Assembly (NCBI GenBank): GCA_040437565.1
Contig: JBDOQK010000056.1
Coordinates: 62,001-126,000 of the forward strand
Source of the DNA: Albugo candida
Lineage: Eukaryota
Direction: 5' to 3'
DNA length: 64,000 nt
Below are positions 24,967 to 36,271 of this stretch, one piece after another. The position numbers and the translations under genes were made by a program. The notes beneath the pieces are model-generated. The model had not been told where the DNA came from. It saw only the letters and a program-made list of their open reading frames with translations, and ran no database searches. How positions within the stretch are numbered: the stretch's first letter is position 1; each line of letters begins with the position of its first letter.

Positions 24967-26361
24967 CTATAAAGCCATAAGTTCGGGATATTCCATGTAT
25001 CTCTTAAAGCACTGTAAAAATTGTCCTGCAACGAAATCATCCACAACGCGACGATCGGATGATAAAGTCACATTCAAAAGAGTCGCACGATAAGGCTGAA
25101 TGGGTACATCGTTCACTTGACTTGATACCTGAGGCGCTACGAGTTCCTTACGTCCTCGACCAATTGCCATAATACATGCTTGAGGTGGATTGATGACAGC
25201 TGTGAATGTGTCAATACCAAAACCTCCTAAATTTGAGATTGTGAACGATCCACCTTGGAATTCTTCAGGCTTGAGTTTATTTTCACGTGCTCGATGTACA
25301 AGCTCCATAAACTTCTTATTGATACCCGCCAATCCTAGAGCATCAACATGAGTGACAATTGGCGTTATCAGTCCAGACGGTGTCGCTACAGCCACTGATA
25401 CATCCACTGCGTTATTCGCTTTGACACACCCAGTACTGATATCGTAGTAATGATTTGCTTCCGGCACATCTCGAAGAGACAAAGCAACGGCTTTCAGAAT
25501 GAAATCGTTGATAGAAACTTTGATTCCATGTGTTGATTTCAAAGTATGGCGGACTCTGTTCAAATTGTCAATCGCGCAGTCAATGCTTGCATAATGGTGC
25601 GGAACTTCGACTTTTGATGCGGTCAACCTCTTGGCAATGATTTTACGCATGTTGGAGAGTGGAATATCGGTATACGTTTGGGCGTCCGACGCCAATTTCG
25701 ACAGAGCATCCGAATGTTGGACGGGTTCGCTAGATGTTGAGCCACGTTTCACTTCAGTTATCTCACTTTCCTTCAGAGTCCCCTGCTGCTCTTGAACATC
25801 TTTTTGTTCATCCGAAACTAGCGATCGTTTACCCAGAAACTTGATTAAAGGTCTTCGTTCGTTCGTGCTCTTCATTGGCGCTTCGTCTTGTACACTGAGT
25901 TTCTGATCACTTGATGTCGCTTTGTATGACTCCATTGCACCACTAGCAAGAATCTTTTGGTAAAGTTCAGCATCCTCAGCTGTTAACGCAAGTGTGGCCC
26001 CAACAGGTATGTCTTCCGTTCCTTCCGGCACTAATATCTTGGCTAACACGGCTTCGTCTTGCATTTCATAATCAACGACTGCTTTGTCTGTTTCCACCTG
26101 ACAAATCACATCTCCTGGATGTAAGAAATCCCCTTCTTTCTTCATCCAGCGTGAGAGGGTACCAACGCTCATCGTAGGAGACAGAGCTGGCATCTGAAGC
26201 TCTTGAATGGAAGAATCTGCTGTTTCTGTTGAAAACGTAGCGCTCAGACTAGTAGCTTGAGATTGAGCTGCTCTTATGTTGCGTATATTGTTGACAGACG
26301 AAGCCCGAAACCATAGTCTACGCGACGCTGCGGTCGCGTTGCGTTGACATACTCGAAGCAT
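24967..26361 (-). CDS. PDHX: Pyruvate dehydrogenase E3-binding protein (PDHX)-like / E2 paralogue, mitochondrial
   Basis: Arg-rich presequence, one lipoyl domain (MPALSPTM...ETDKA) and an acyltransferase-fold C-terminus (GGSFTISNLG, AVINPPQ). It has SSDRRVVDD in place of the catalytic DHRxxDG. Confidence 0.8.
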   Translation of the reverse strand: MLRVCQRNATAASRRLWFRASSVNNIRNIRAAQSQATSLSATFSTETADSSIQELQMPALSPTMSVGTLSRWMKKEGDFLHPGDVICQVETDKAVVDYEMQDEAVLAKILVPEGTEDIPVGATLALTAEDAELYQKILASGAMESYKATSSDQKLSVQDEAPMKSTNERRPLIKFLGKRSLVSDEQKDVQEQQGTLKESEITEVKRGSTSSEPVQHSDALSKLASDAQTYTDIPLSNMRKIIAKRLTASKVEVPHHYASIDCAIDNLNRVRHTLKSTHGIKVSINDFILKAVALSLRDVPEANHYYDISTGCVKANNAVDVSVAVATPSGLITPIVTHVDALGLAGINKKFMELVHRARENKLKPEEFQGGSFTISNLGGFGIDTFTAVINPPQACIMAIGRGRKELVAPQVSSQVNDVPIQPYRATLLNVTLSSDRRVVDDFVAGQFLQCFKRYMEYPELMAL

Positions 26362-26679
26362 TAGGAGCCCCTAATTCTCTGGAGCGCGGTCACGAACCGG
26401 ACTTGATGGGTTTGACCCGGTTACTTATCCGATCATGAAAAGTCACTGTGATCGAAAATGGTACGATTTTGCTGTGTTTTTCATAATAAATCGCTGGCAC
26501 TGACTTTCTTCAGAGGGACTCGCTGTTATGGAGATATACAACAAGAGAAGAAATCCTTGAGCTGGACTCGGTACATAACGTGCAAGACTGTAAAAGGTAT
26601 TGTTCGCGATTGCGTTCCGTGAATTATTAGTATACATGTTGGATGAGTAGGATCTTGGCAGAAATGTTCAATTTAAAAG

Positions 26680-27600
26680 ATGAGAACGACTACCATACAA
26701 AGTTTCTACTAGCGATTTATTATCGCATTTATCGATATCCTTACACCTTCAGATTTGCTATGTGATTCATTCGCATTTCGCCTCACACCTTGACTCAAAA
26801 ACACATTTTGTAGAGAACAGAAGATTACTATCGAGAAATCATCAGTTTTACTTGGTATAAGCCACGTTCTTGTGATGGACGACTTTGCGTTTACCAGTCA
26901 AAGTACATTGAGGTCGAGCATCGATCGCTTTCAACAATTGATACTGGCGCATTCGGTAAACAGATCACCCACAAGGTATGTGGACTACTGATTTATTCAC
27001 ATTCATTGCTCGTATGCTTGCAGCACCAAAATTTTTGAGTTGGAAGATGTTCGAGAAATTACAGATTTTTTCATGCATGATTATTACCGGCATTTTGGTC
27101 TTAACAAATGCGTATTCACACCGTATCGGCGAATGTACTTGGTTCAGAGAACAATCAACGATGTACAAGTTCCAAGAAAAATCAATCCGCTCAAAGAGGG
27201 ATTACGACTGGACCCGGCCGAAGGCTTATAAATATCTAAAAAAGATGTCGGAACTCGGTGTGGGCCAACTCAACCATTTGATTATATGTTTCCATGTCTA
27301 AGAAAAACACCCGACTTAGAGACACACGAAACGTTTTATTTTGCAAACTGTACCAAACTTCTCTCCAAACAAAGTCACTTTGAACTCTTCAATTGTCCCA
27401 TTTTCAAGCACTCGACCAATCACTTCTACATATTTGCTTTATCGGAAGCGTTTAGCGAACGTTCTAGACATAGAGCCTATCTACCCACCTTCCATAATCG
27501 CTTCCTGGTTTTGGTTGTACATTGACGATCATTCCATCCTGGAGCAGAAATGTGCTGTCAAACAAGTGTAGGTCCAAAGCCTAATATCGATAATACACTG
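26680..27600 (+). pseudogene. Possible decayed secreted-protein gene
   Basis: ATG 26680 gives MRTTTIQSFY*RFIIAFIDILTPSDLLCDSF (hydrophobic leader broken by a stop), followed by fragmented frames. No family recognised. Confidence 0.2.
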
Positions 27601-28853
27601 GAACGAAGAGCTACTGCCGTTGGAGTATGGCTTTCCATGCTTCCTACTAGCGCGACTGTTTTACCGACACATTTACTCAAAAGCTTTTGATTGACGCGAG
27701 GTGCAGTAGATGTATTCATTGACACGCAACGTCAAAGGGAAATTTGATTCAATTCTTATGAAATGTTATTCACCAATCAATTCGTTCGAACGATAGTGTC
27801 ACGTACCCAATGTGCTTCTCGACCAAATTCGGACAAGGAAAAGCAATTCTTACTGACGCCGATATATATTCACATCGCTTGACGCTTTCTATCAAAAGAT
27901 TTGAGTCATTATGAAGGCTATAAGGATCAAAAATTTGGTTATGTGTGCTAAAATCGATCGTTCCTGATCACTTGCTTCGTTAAAAGTATTGGAGTAGAAG
28001 TTGGATGTGTCGCAAGGTATACGCATATATGCGGCAGTTCATTGCAGTTGATTGCTAGAACCCAATTCTACGAATGCCGATTTATTGATTCGCGGTATGG
28101 TAAAAGACGGAAATATCAACATAGATAACAAAACAGATCTCTAAAACAATGCACGAGATCTTGGATCTGGTGCTCGAAATCAACTTGCTCTCTGTACCGT
28201 AATATGTGGATCTCAATGAATGCTGCGAAAATGCGGATATTAGAATCGTGCATTTGCCTATTCAACCATTCTTGCATCTCAAGTGAGGGTAGAAAACACT
28301 CGCGTTGAACTCTGAGCCCCATAACTATTCTCTGCGCGGACAGCGTGCTTCTCACTATTCTGTAAATAGCTATTAGATTATGCTGGATCCAGTTTAATGC
28401 CTTAGACGCAATTTCGATCGATCATAGGCAAGTAGGCGGGCTGACAGACGATTCAACAGTGAATCCTCAAAATCTATTGACTAGTGCAGCCAAATTTGTG
28501 AAAATCAAAACTTAGTAAGCTATGAAAGAGACGTATAGCCGAGTTTTTCATCGAGTCCTGTGCATCAGACTTTCTCGCAAAGAAAGAATCAGCAATGCTC
28601 GTTGACATATCATTTAAATCGAGCCGTTGTATGCCGTTGTATGCCGTTGACAATACCATGAACAAGTCAGAGTCCATTCATATTGCTGATGAAAGCCTCT
28701 ATGTATAGTCGTGGTCAAGTGTGTCTTTCTTTCCTCTCAAGACGAAATCTGATAACTATTCTCGACGTGTTATGCATTGCGGTCACTTGTAACTACTGTG
28801 CGAATAAGCGATGATGTAGAACTCAATTTTTTTTTTAAGGAGTCAGAAACTTT

Positions 28854-29546
28854 CTATTTTCTCTTCTTTGTAGCGTTCTTAGCATCAGGGCTTGGTGGCT
28901 GAGCAGGGGCGGAGCTTGACTCGTCGTCCTTCGCCACATTTTTCGGAGCGGTTTGCTGTCGTTGTTCTGCCATGTGGCTCAGGAATTGGACTGCTTGAGG
29001 GAAGATCTTATCAGCCCATCCTTCTCCTACAAATGCATGCCCCTGTCAATGTTCTGAAGCGTGAGTAAGCGTATCGGCACATTTGCGTACCTGGTTTCAG
29101 AAAATCGGCTTCTACTCTAATTTCACTAATTTCGTCAGTAACCAACTCCTACATAGAAGTAATCAGATACAGCATAAAATGTCGCGTTCACTTACTTCTG
29201 CCCACTTGTAATTGATGAATGAGCCATCTTTCAAAATATCATTTCGTCGAAGGCGTTGAATTCCGACCGACTCTGATTGGACTTTACGAATTAGAGGAAC
29301 CAGTGCCACTGCGCGTCGGAAAAGCATGTTGAACAAAGCTTCAGTATCGTTCGGTTTCTCTTCTTTCAATTTTCGATACAATTCCGCTTCTTCTGGAATC
29401 GTGACGTCAAAGCCGTTGACGATTTCATCTAGATACTCATCTGACTTGTCCTTCTTTTTCGGGAACCAGACTTTGATAGCAAAGGCGAGTAGACTGAAGG
29501 TGGTGATTGCAACGATAATAGCGGTAACCTCTAACTCGGAGAGCAT
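28854..29546 (-). CDS. Sec66/Sec71-like preprotein translocase subunit (3 exons)
   Basis: N-terminal TM, LFNMLFRRAVALVPLIRK, then ELVTDEISEIRVEADFLKP|GEGWADKIFPQA, matching the Sec66 pattern LLRRA...EA..L.PGWG..IF..A. Stop at 28854-28856. Confidence 0.7.
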
Positions 29547-30264
29547 ACTTTTCCTTTCACTGGAGCTCGCTCAGAGGGAGATCGTATAATCGAGTTGACC
29601 AATTTCGACCAGTGAGAATTAAAGACCCGCTATTTTGACTTATCGACAAGTTATCGACGAATTATGTCAGGAACTAAGACCCTTTCTAAGCGGTTGTCGT
29701 GACAATGCATCATAAAATCAAGCAGGGTCCTGCCAGATGCACTTCTCAAGGTGATACGAATGAAAATTGAAGTACACTGAGATAATTTAAATACAAGCGC
29801 CTTTTAAATTGGCGCTTCGATCGGTTGCTCTTGCTTCGCAAAGCGTAGCTAATTAAAGAAACCAGTCTGTCAGCGTTTATACTAGCTAAACTTCGTTTTT
29901 CAACCAGTGGCCGGGTAAGATCGATATGATAACTCCCATTTTGAGTCAAGAGGTCTGCTTCCGACAAACTTGACCAATTTATAAGCACAATGTCAAACGA
30001 GGGAACTTATGCGGAGTTTTTGACCGTTTGAAAGCATCGCTATCTATTTTTATAAACAAATACATCAAGACGTTTACGATTTCTTTATAGTCGATTTCTA
30101 GTTTAATTCGTTGCATGAAATGAAGCATCGGAGTACATGCTGCGTTTAGTGCTGTCTATTGCAATGTACTAATCATTCTATGTGTTGAAGACGCACGCCA
30201 CGAAGACGCCAAAAGTCGACGCGAACGATTGTGGAATGAAAGACAGAACTATTTCACAACTAAG

Positions 30265-30877
30265 ATGCAGCCCGAGACACGCATCGTAACAAGACCTTCA
30301 ACTGGACTGCCACCATCAAAGCATGAAGCTCAGGCCTCCAAAAGTGCGATCTCAGAGAATTCAGGACCGCATTTTCGGACGGAAATGCAGCTGCAGTTAG
30401 CAGTAAGAATTTACTCAACGTGGACATCTTTGATATCAATATGATCGTAGGCTTTACAATCGTTGCAGCGTGTACAAACTGCGAGGAAAAAAGAACTTAT
30501 CGAGCACAAGTCTATTGAAATGGCCAAGCAGCTGCGTCAGCAGCGGAATGAAGATGCACTAAAGAAGAATTCTAAAATGGCCGTGAAGCGTCTTCGTAAC
30601 TGGAATGAGAAGCAAAAGCTTGAAGAAGTAAGCAGTCATTTTGACGTGTTCACAAGCTTCGATGATGTCTTTGTAGGAATCCGAGCTAGCGTACTTGCTG
30701 CAAAATATCAAACCGGCGGCTGAGGCAGTCCATCTGGCTCAACTTTTGTCTTCTCGTTGGAAAGATGTGGGCAAAGAAGGAGGCGGATTCAAGTCTTGTA
30801 TTCCACAGCATTCACGTCAGGAAATGAGAGTTCAATTTTTATTAGATAATCAACGCATTGGGGCGTTCTACCCGTGA
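30265..30877 (+). CDS. Hypothetical coiled-coil protein (3 predicted exons)
   Basis: Three consecutive ORFs can be joined by short GTAAG...TAG introns into a K/E/Q-rich helical protein. The start is uncertain. Confidence 0.45.
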
Positions 30878-31053
30878 GCAAATGCTTCACATTGGAACAC
30901 AATTCTTCATTCTGCAAGCGAGGTATCATCATCTATACCATTCCTATTTGTACATTGGTTTCCTGATACAAGACGAGTATCAAGCCATTTTTCGACTAGC
31001 GGACTATTGTTTGGCACGTTTTTACCCTTTTCGATCAACATAGGGATGGCTAC

Positions 31054-32566
31054 CTAGCTTCTGATTTTACCATTTAGAGCGGAAAATCGAAATAAGCCTC
31101 TTCCAAATGTTGCCAAAAAGCTCCCAGTCGCAGCACGTACGTCCGAAAATCGTTGCTCTGCACAATTATTTAATTGAATAGCCAAATGTATCGCACGTAA
31201 CCATTCTTTGAGATCAGCCTCGGAATTGGCTGAGAATACCATTCGATCTTTGACCGATCTGATTGCGAACCGCCAAAGCGTTGCTCGTGAGCCGTCAAAA
31301 ATCGAGTCTTTGGGCATGACCTCAATTGATGTGCTGGTGCATACTGTGAGGTCGAATTGGCCACAAACTTTGCCATTTTCTCGAGTATAAAATGTGACTG
31401 CGTTTCGATTCACAACTGTGTACGATAATTTCCATGAATTTTTTATCCGCATTCCTTTTCCTTTCATTCGATACAAAAGCCCTGATTTGATCGATCGACG
31501 TTGTAACGCACTCATTGCTGCCTCCGGTTCTGAGTCTAAATCGATTCCAGTCGGTTGTTTACGATTTGCTGTTGGCTGCTTGGGTTCACAGCAAACCAAA
31601 TCGACACCTGTAAGTTCATCGTCCCTTTCCTCTAATATCGGGATATCATCTCGTCCTCTATTATCTGCTTCCACATATCCTTTCCGTCGCTCATTCTGAT
31701 AAGCTAGAATACTCTTTCGCTTATCAGGCCGAGTATACTCTTCAACGTTTCCTGATGCGCTCGCGGTGGANNNNNNNNNNNNNNNNNNNNNNNNNNNNNN
31801 NNNNNNNNNNNNNNNNNNNNNNNNNNNNNNNNNNNNNNNNNNNNNNNNNNNNNNNNNNNNNNNNNNNNNNCGATCTGATTGCGAACCGCCAAAGCGTTGC
31901 TCGTGAGCCGTCAAAAATCGAGTCTTTGGGCATGACCTCAATTGATGTGCTGGTGCATACTGTGAGGTCGAATTGGCCACAAACTTTGCCATTTTCTCGA
32001 GTATAAAATGTGACTGCGTTTCGATTCACAACTGTGTACGATAATTTCCATGAATTTTTTATCCGCATTCCTTTTCCTTTCATTCGATACAAAAGCCCTG
32101 ATTTGATCGATCGACGTTGTAACGCACTCATTGCTGCCTCCGGTTCTGAGTCTAAATCGATTCCAGTCGGTTGTTTACGATTTGCTGTTGGCTGCTTGGG
32201 TTCACAGCAAACCAAATCGACACCTGTAAGTTCATCGTCCCTTTCCTCTAATATCGGGATATCATCTCGTCCTCTATTATCTGCTTCCACATATCCTTTC
32301 CGTCGCTCATTCTGATAAGCTAGAATACTCTTTCGCTTATCAGGCCGAGTATACTCTTCAACGTTTCCTGATGCGCTCGCGGTGGAAATGCGTTTATCTA
32401 TTTTTTGTGAAGTCTGCTTCATCATGGAAAAGTCGGATGGATCGGTTGATATACCGTTGAATGTGGACTGGTACTTTAGCGGTCCAGCATCGCTTTGAAA
32501 TCGAACGTCTTCCAGTGAGTTGATGCTAGAGTCCGTTATCGTTGAGTCCCAGGAAAAAGGGGACAT
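31054..32566 (-). CDS. Pleckstrin-homology (PH) domain protein, split by a gap duplication
   Basis: IKSGLLYRMKGKG...KNSWKLSY...TFY...FSANSEADLKEWLRAI PH pattern. 31255-31770 is repeated at 31871-32386. Confidence 0.85.
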
Positions 32567-32787
32567 GACGTGCCTTGACTCAGCAAAGACTCAATACTAT
32601 TAGTATAGTCTGCTCGGTAGCTCGTGTAGCGAGCCAGTTGGTCGAACCCTCAAAAGTATGTAACCACCGACAGCAGAGTTTTGTAGGCGAACTTAGAGGC
32701 ATGACGGAAGTCTGATTAGGTTTGAGTCATCATAGGGTTGAATTGCACTGATTCAATGAATTGCATCGATCGACATTCGGCATCACT

Positions 32788-33705
32788 ATGACGGAATTTA
32801 GAAAGCCAAGTAAGAAAGGATTACGAAGGAAACGAGGAAGAGAAGAGATAGGAAATAGTGGTGATGATGTGTTAGAAAAGGTGGCAGATATTGTCGAGGA
32901 GCAAAGGATCAGGACGCTTGAACGCATAGCGAGTAAAAGTGTGAATTGTAAGCAAGAGGGTACGAAGAAAGTCATATCGTCAAGTTTTGATGACAAATTG
33001 TATGGCTTGCACGATCCCAGTTGTCACGGATCAGCAAACGAAAAACTGATCCAGCTACTGGATGGACAATTTACTGGACAGACGGAAAATGCGCAGTACA
33101 AACATCATAGGGAGCTGATGTGAGTTGTCTAAATTATGTGTTTCTCTAAATAATCTAATCACGGGTAGGAATCGATATATTGAAGCGCGTCTGAACTCAA
33201 CTAAAGCAGATAAAGAAGAAAAGCAATGTCAGAATAGTCAAGAGAAAGAGGACGATGCACTATACGCGCTACCATCGGATCTTACACCCATGCCCATGAC
33301 TGCTGAGGCCAATAGCTCCGATGGCGTATTGATTTGGAATACTGGAATTGCCGAAGTCGAGTTGCCTTCCACTTACAAAAACAAAATTGTGGAGGCCACA
33401 AAATCCGCTCTTAATTCAGAGAGTGTATTGGCCACTTCGAATCCTCATCCAACCAATTCATTACCTACCAATTTGAGTACCAACTTTAATCGACACCGGC
33501 ATGACTTTATAACAGACATGAAGAAACTCCCACGAGGTAGGCTCCACAAATTACTATAATGATCACTATACCCTAGTTACTAATGCTTTTTGCCTTCTGG
33601 ACAGACGAGCAGCGGGAGCGAGGCTTCAAACGCATTCGAAACAATGAATCAAGTGACGACGCTGTGGTGTCACGCTTCCGTAAATTCGAGTGTCGAAAAT
33701 CATAG
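32788..33705 (+). CDS. C9orf78/Tls1 (Hep_59) splicing factor-like (3 exons)
   Basis: QFTGQT, M|NRYIEARL, LYALPSDL, TGIAEVELP, PTNLSTNF and terminal SSDDAVVSRFRK motifs typical of the family. Confidence 0.8.
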
Positions 33706-33885
33706 AGATTTGATATGTAGTGGTATACCGCCAGTCTCATTGATGCAAATGATGTCGGAACTGCATTGCGGTTTCGCTTTATAATTAGTAAAATATTTCA
33801 TAATATACTGTTTCGAACTGCTTCATTTTTATTTGGTCTTGCCGATTATACTTCATTGCAAACGCTGTCATTGGCGTGGCAACTC

Positions 33886-35646
33886 ATGAAAGTCGTAGAC
33901 CTTGGAGTTTCTACAATTGAGAGTCCTGAGCAAAATCAGCACAATTTGGTACCGATCGATCGTGAAGTACACTGCAAAAGCAAAACTTATATGGAGAGGG
34001 AAGCAGTAGGATTAAATGAAGATGAATACACGATGACGGCTGATGAATATGAGGAATTAGAACGTGGATTCGAGAATGGAGCTGAGCAGCAGGAGGAAAA
34101 CCGCAGGGTGATGCAAATGATAAAGGAGTTGATGGGTCTAGGCACTGAAGGATTACAAGATACCACACAAGTGCTTGAGATCGAAGGACTTTTGCAAAAT
34201 TCTCGATTGGAAGAGCGTGACAATAATGGCTCATCTATGTCACAGTCGAATGATTTTGCTTCTAATATGGAGCAAAGTCACAGTGAAGAAGCTTATCGGA
34301 GACTGCTGGTGCGATCTGTATTGGAGCTTTCACGTGAAAAAGAAAATGTGAAGCTTGCAGCTGCAGCAGGGAATGCTTTACTGGAGCAGCTGTCTATTGT
34401 TCAGAAAGAAAAAACAGCACTTATGAAGTCGCTCGAAGCCAAAACAATGGATTTTGAGTGTGCTGAAGCAGAAAATGCTCGATTGAAAAAGGTTTGTGAG
34501 GGGATGGAGCAAGAATTAAGACATTATGATGCTACTACGGGAAGTTGGAATAATGCAACAAATGAGAGCGGAAGCTACAGTGCCGTGAACACAGGGGGGG
34601 AAGGAAATTCAAGTAAGCAGGACGCCATTCGGGTACAGGAACATGTATGCAGACAGGATTTACCTGAATCCTGTAAACTTTGTGAGCGTTTCGAGATGGA
34701 ACTAAAACTAATGGCAACAGAGAAAGAGAAGCTGCAGCGTCGATGTTTAGATTTGGAAGTGGACCAAGAGCGATCACAAAGATCGTGGACGGAGCTCAAT
34801 CATCTTTGCAAGCGCAATGAACTATGTCTTAAACGCGTGCAAGCTGAATACACTAAAGCGTTGGAAGATATGGAATATATGGCGACACAAATCCAGTGTC
34901 TCAAGGAAGACCAGCGTAGCTCGGGTGTGAAGCGAGATAAGCTTCATCTGGCATCGCAAAAGCTTCAAACAGAGAATGACATGATGAGTATATTACTGGA
35001 AGAAAGGCTTGGGATCATACAGCAATTACGAAGTGAAAAATCAGCCAATATCACACAAACGCAACGATACGAGACTCGAATCGCAATTCTCTCTGCTGAA
35101 AACACGCAGTTGGTGGATGTAATGAAAAAGTGTCATGAGCGGTTGAGTATCTTAGAGGAAGAAAATCGAGAGCAAAATGTCTTGCAGAAGCAAGTTGCTG
35201 ACCTAGAAATGCTGATAGCGGAGGCAGACCAGAAATGGATGCAGTGCAGCCGGGAAAATAGAAGCCTTCGGACACGCTTCTCTTCTGCCTCTGAACAATG
35301 CGCGGAAGACTGTTTTTACTCGAGCACAGATTACGCAGGGCTTGGAAGTGAGCAAGAATCGACTGCTGCTAATGTGCTGGAGAGCAATGCAAAGAAGCAG
35401 TCAAGAGATGAAAGCTTTGACGGGAAGAATATCGTTATTGTCGATTATCAGGTGGACGAGTACCTTGAATGCGACGAAACTGGCACTTCTTGTTCTGAAG
35501 ATCTGGATCATGCAGGAGATGAAAACGAAGTGTCAAAATTAGCTGTATGTGTTAGCAGCCACGAAGGGAATAGTAATTCCTCACTCTACATTGGTATCTC
35601 ACTTATTGCCTGCGCGACGGCATTGCGGCTGATGTTACGAAAGTAA
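33886..35646 (+). CDS. Long coiled-coil protein with CC1-box-like motif and C-terminal tail anchor
   Basis: Uninterrupted ORF with VKLAAAAGNALLEQ, about 350 aa of heptad-rich sequence, and terminal LYIGISLIACATALRLMLRK. Confidence 0.75.
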   Translation: MKVVDLGVSTIESPEQNQHNLVPIDREVHCKSKTYMEREAVGLNEDEYTMTADEYEELERGFENGAEQQEENRRVMQMIKELMGLGTEGLQDTTQVLEIEGLLQNSRLEERDNNGSSMSQSNDFASNMEQSHSEEAYRRLLVRSVLELSREKENVKLAAAAGNALLEQLSIVQKEKTALMKSLEAKTMDFECAEAENARLKKVCEGMEQELRHYDATTGSWNNATNESGSYSAVNTGGEGNSSKQDAIRVQEHVCRQDLPESCKLCERFEMELKLMATEKEKLQRRCLDLEVDQERSQRSWTELNHLCKRNELCLKRVQAEYTKALEDMEYMATQIQCLKEDQRSSGVKRDKLHLASQKLQTENDMMSILLEERLGIIQQLRSEKSANITQTQRYETRIAILSAENTQLVDVMKKCHERLSILEEENREQNVLQKQVADLEMLIAEADQKWMQCSRENRSLRTRFSSASEQCAEDCFYSSTDYAGLGSEQESTAANVLESNAKKQSRDESFDGKNIVIVDYQVDEYLECDETGTSCSEDLDHAGDENEVSKLAVCVSSHEGNSNSSLYIGISLIACATALRLMLRK

Positions 35647-35747
35647 AACGACAATTGGCAATTAAACTGGTGGATAGATGCAAGCAGTAATGTAAAGTGG
35701 ATTAGGACAAAATCTTGTTTTTTGCGTTAGATTTTATAGAAAGTAAG

Positions 35748-36188
35748 TTATGTTTCTTTATGACCTGTTTCAGTAACAGTATGCTTCAAATTGTGTGAGG
35801 ATACACCGTACCGCTGGACTTCAGCGTCATTGCGACCAAATCCTTGTAATCGTAAGGTGGAGTTTTGGAAAGCAAGGCAAACGCCTCCTATGCTTCCAAT
35901 GATACCACTGAGAAACATGGTTCGTCTTGCCAGTAATGGGTCAAAATGACGTCCTGTTTGACAATTCAAAATTCGGTCAGTCAGTACGGCTCAATTAGGT
36001 GCTGTTTACGCACCCAAAAAGTATCCAATGGGCAAAGAAGTGACACTCATAAAAATTCCTTGTGCATAATCATTAAAACTAACATTCTCCAATATTTCCT
36101 TGTGGCTTGGATTGCTATTAACGACGGGAAATTTCGGGATTTTTGGATCTTGCAGCACTGGCGCACTGTTATTCTCAAAAAAGACCAT
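35748..36188 (-). CDS. Complex I accessory subunit NUXM (20.9/21 kDa)-like (2 exons)
   Basis: PKFPVVNSNPS...SFNDY, a TM segment, then GGVCLAFQNSTLRLQGFGRNDAEV, matching the family pattern AYQ.S..RL.G...N..EV. Confidence 0.8.
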
Positions 36189-36271
36189 TTCTGGTACATT
36201 ATTTTAGGGCGCCGCGCATTATAACGTCAAGTCAATGTGTCTGTGCTTCCGGCAATCATTTATTACTAGGT

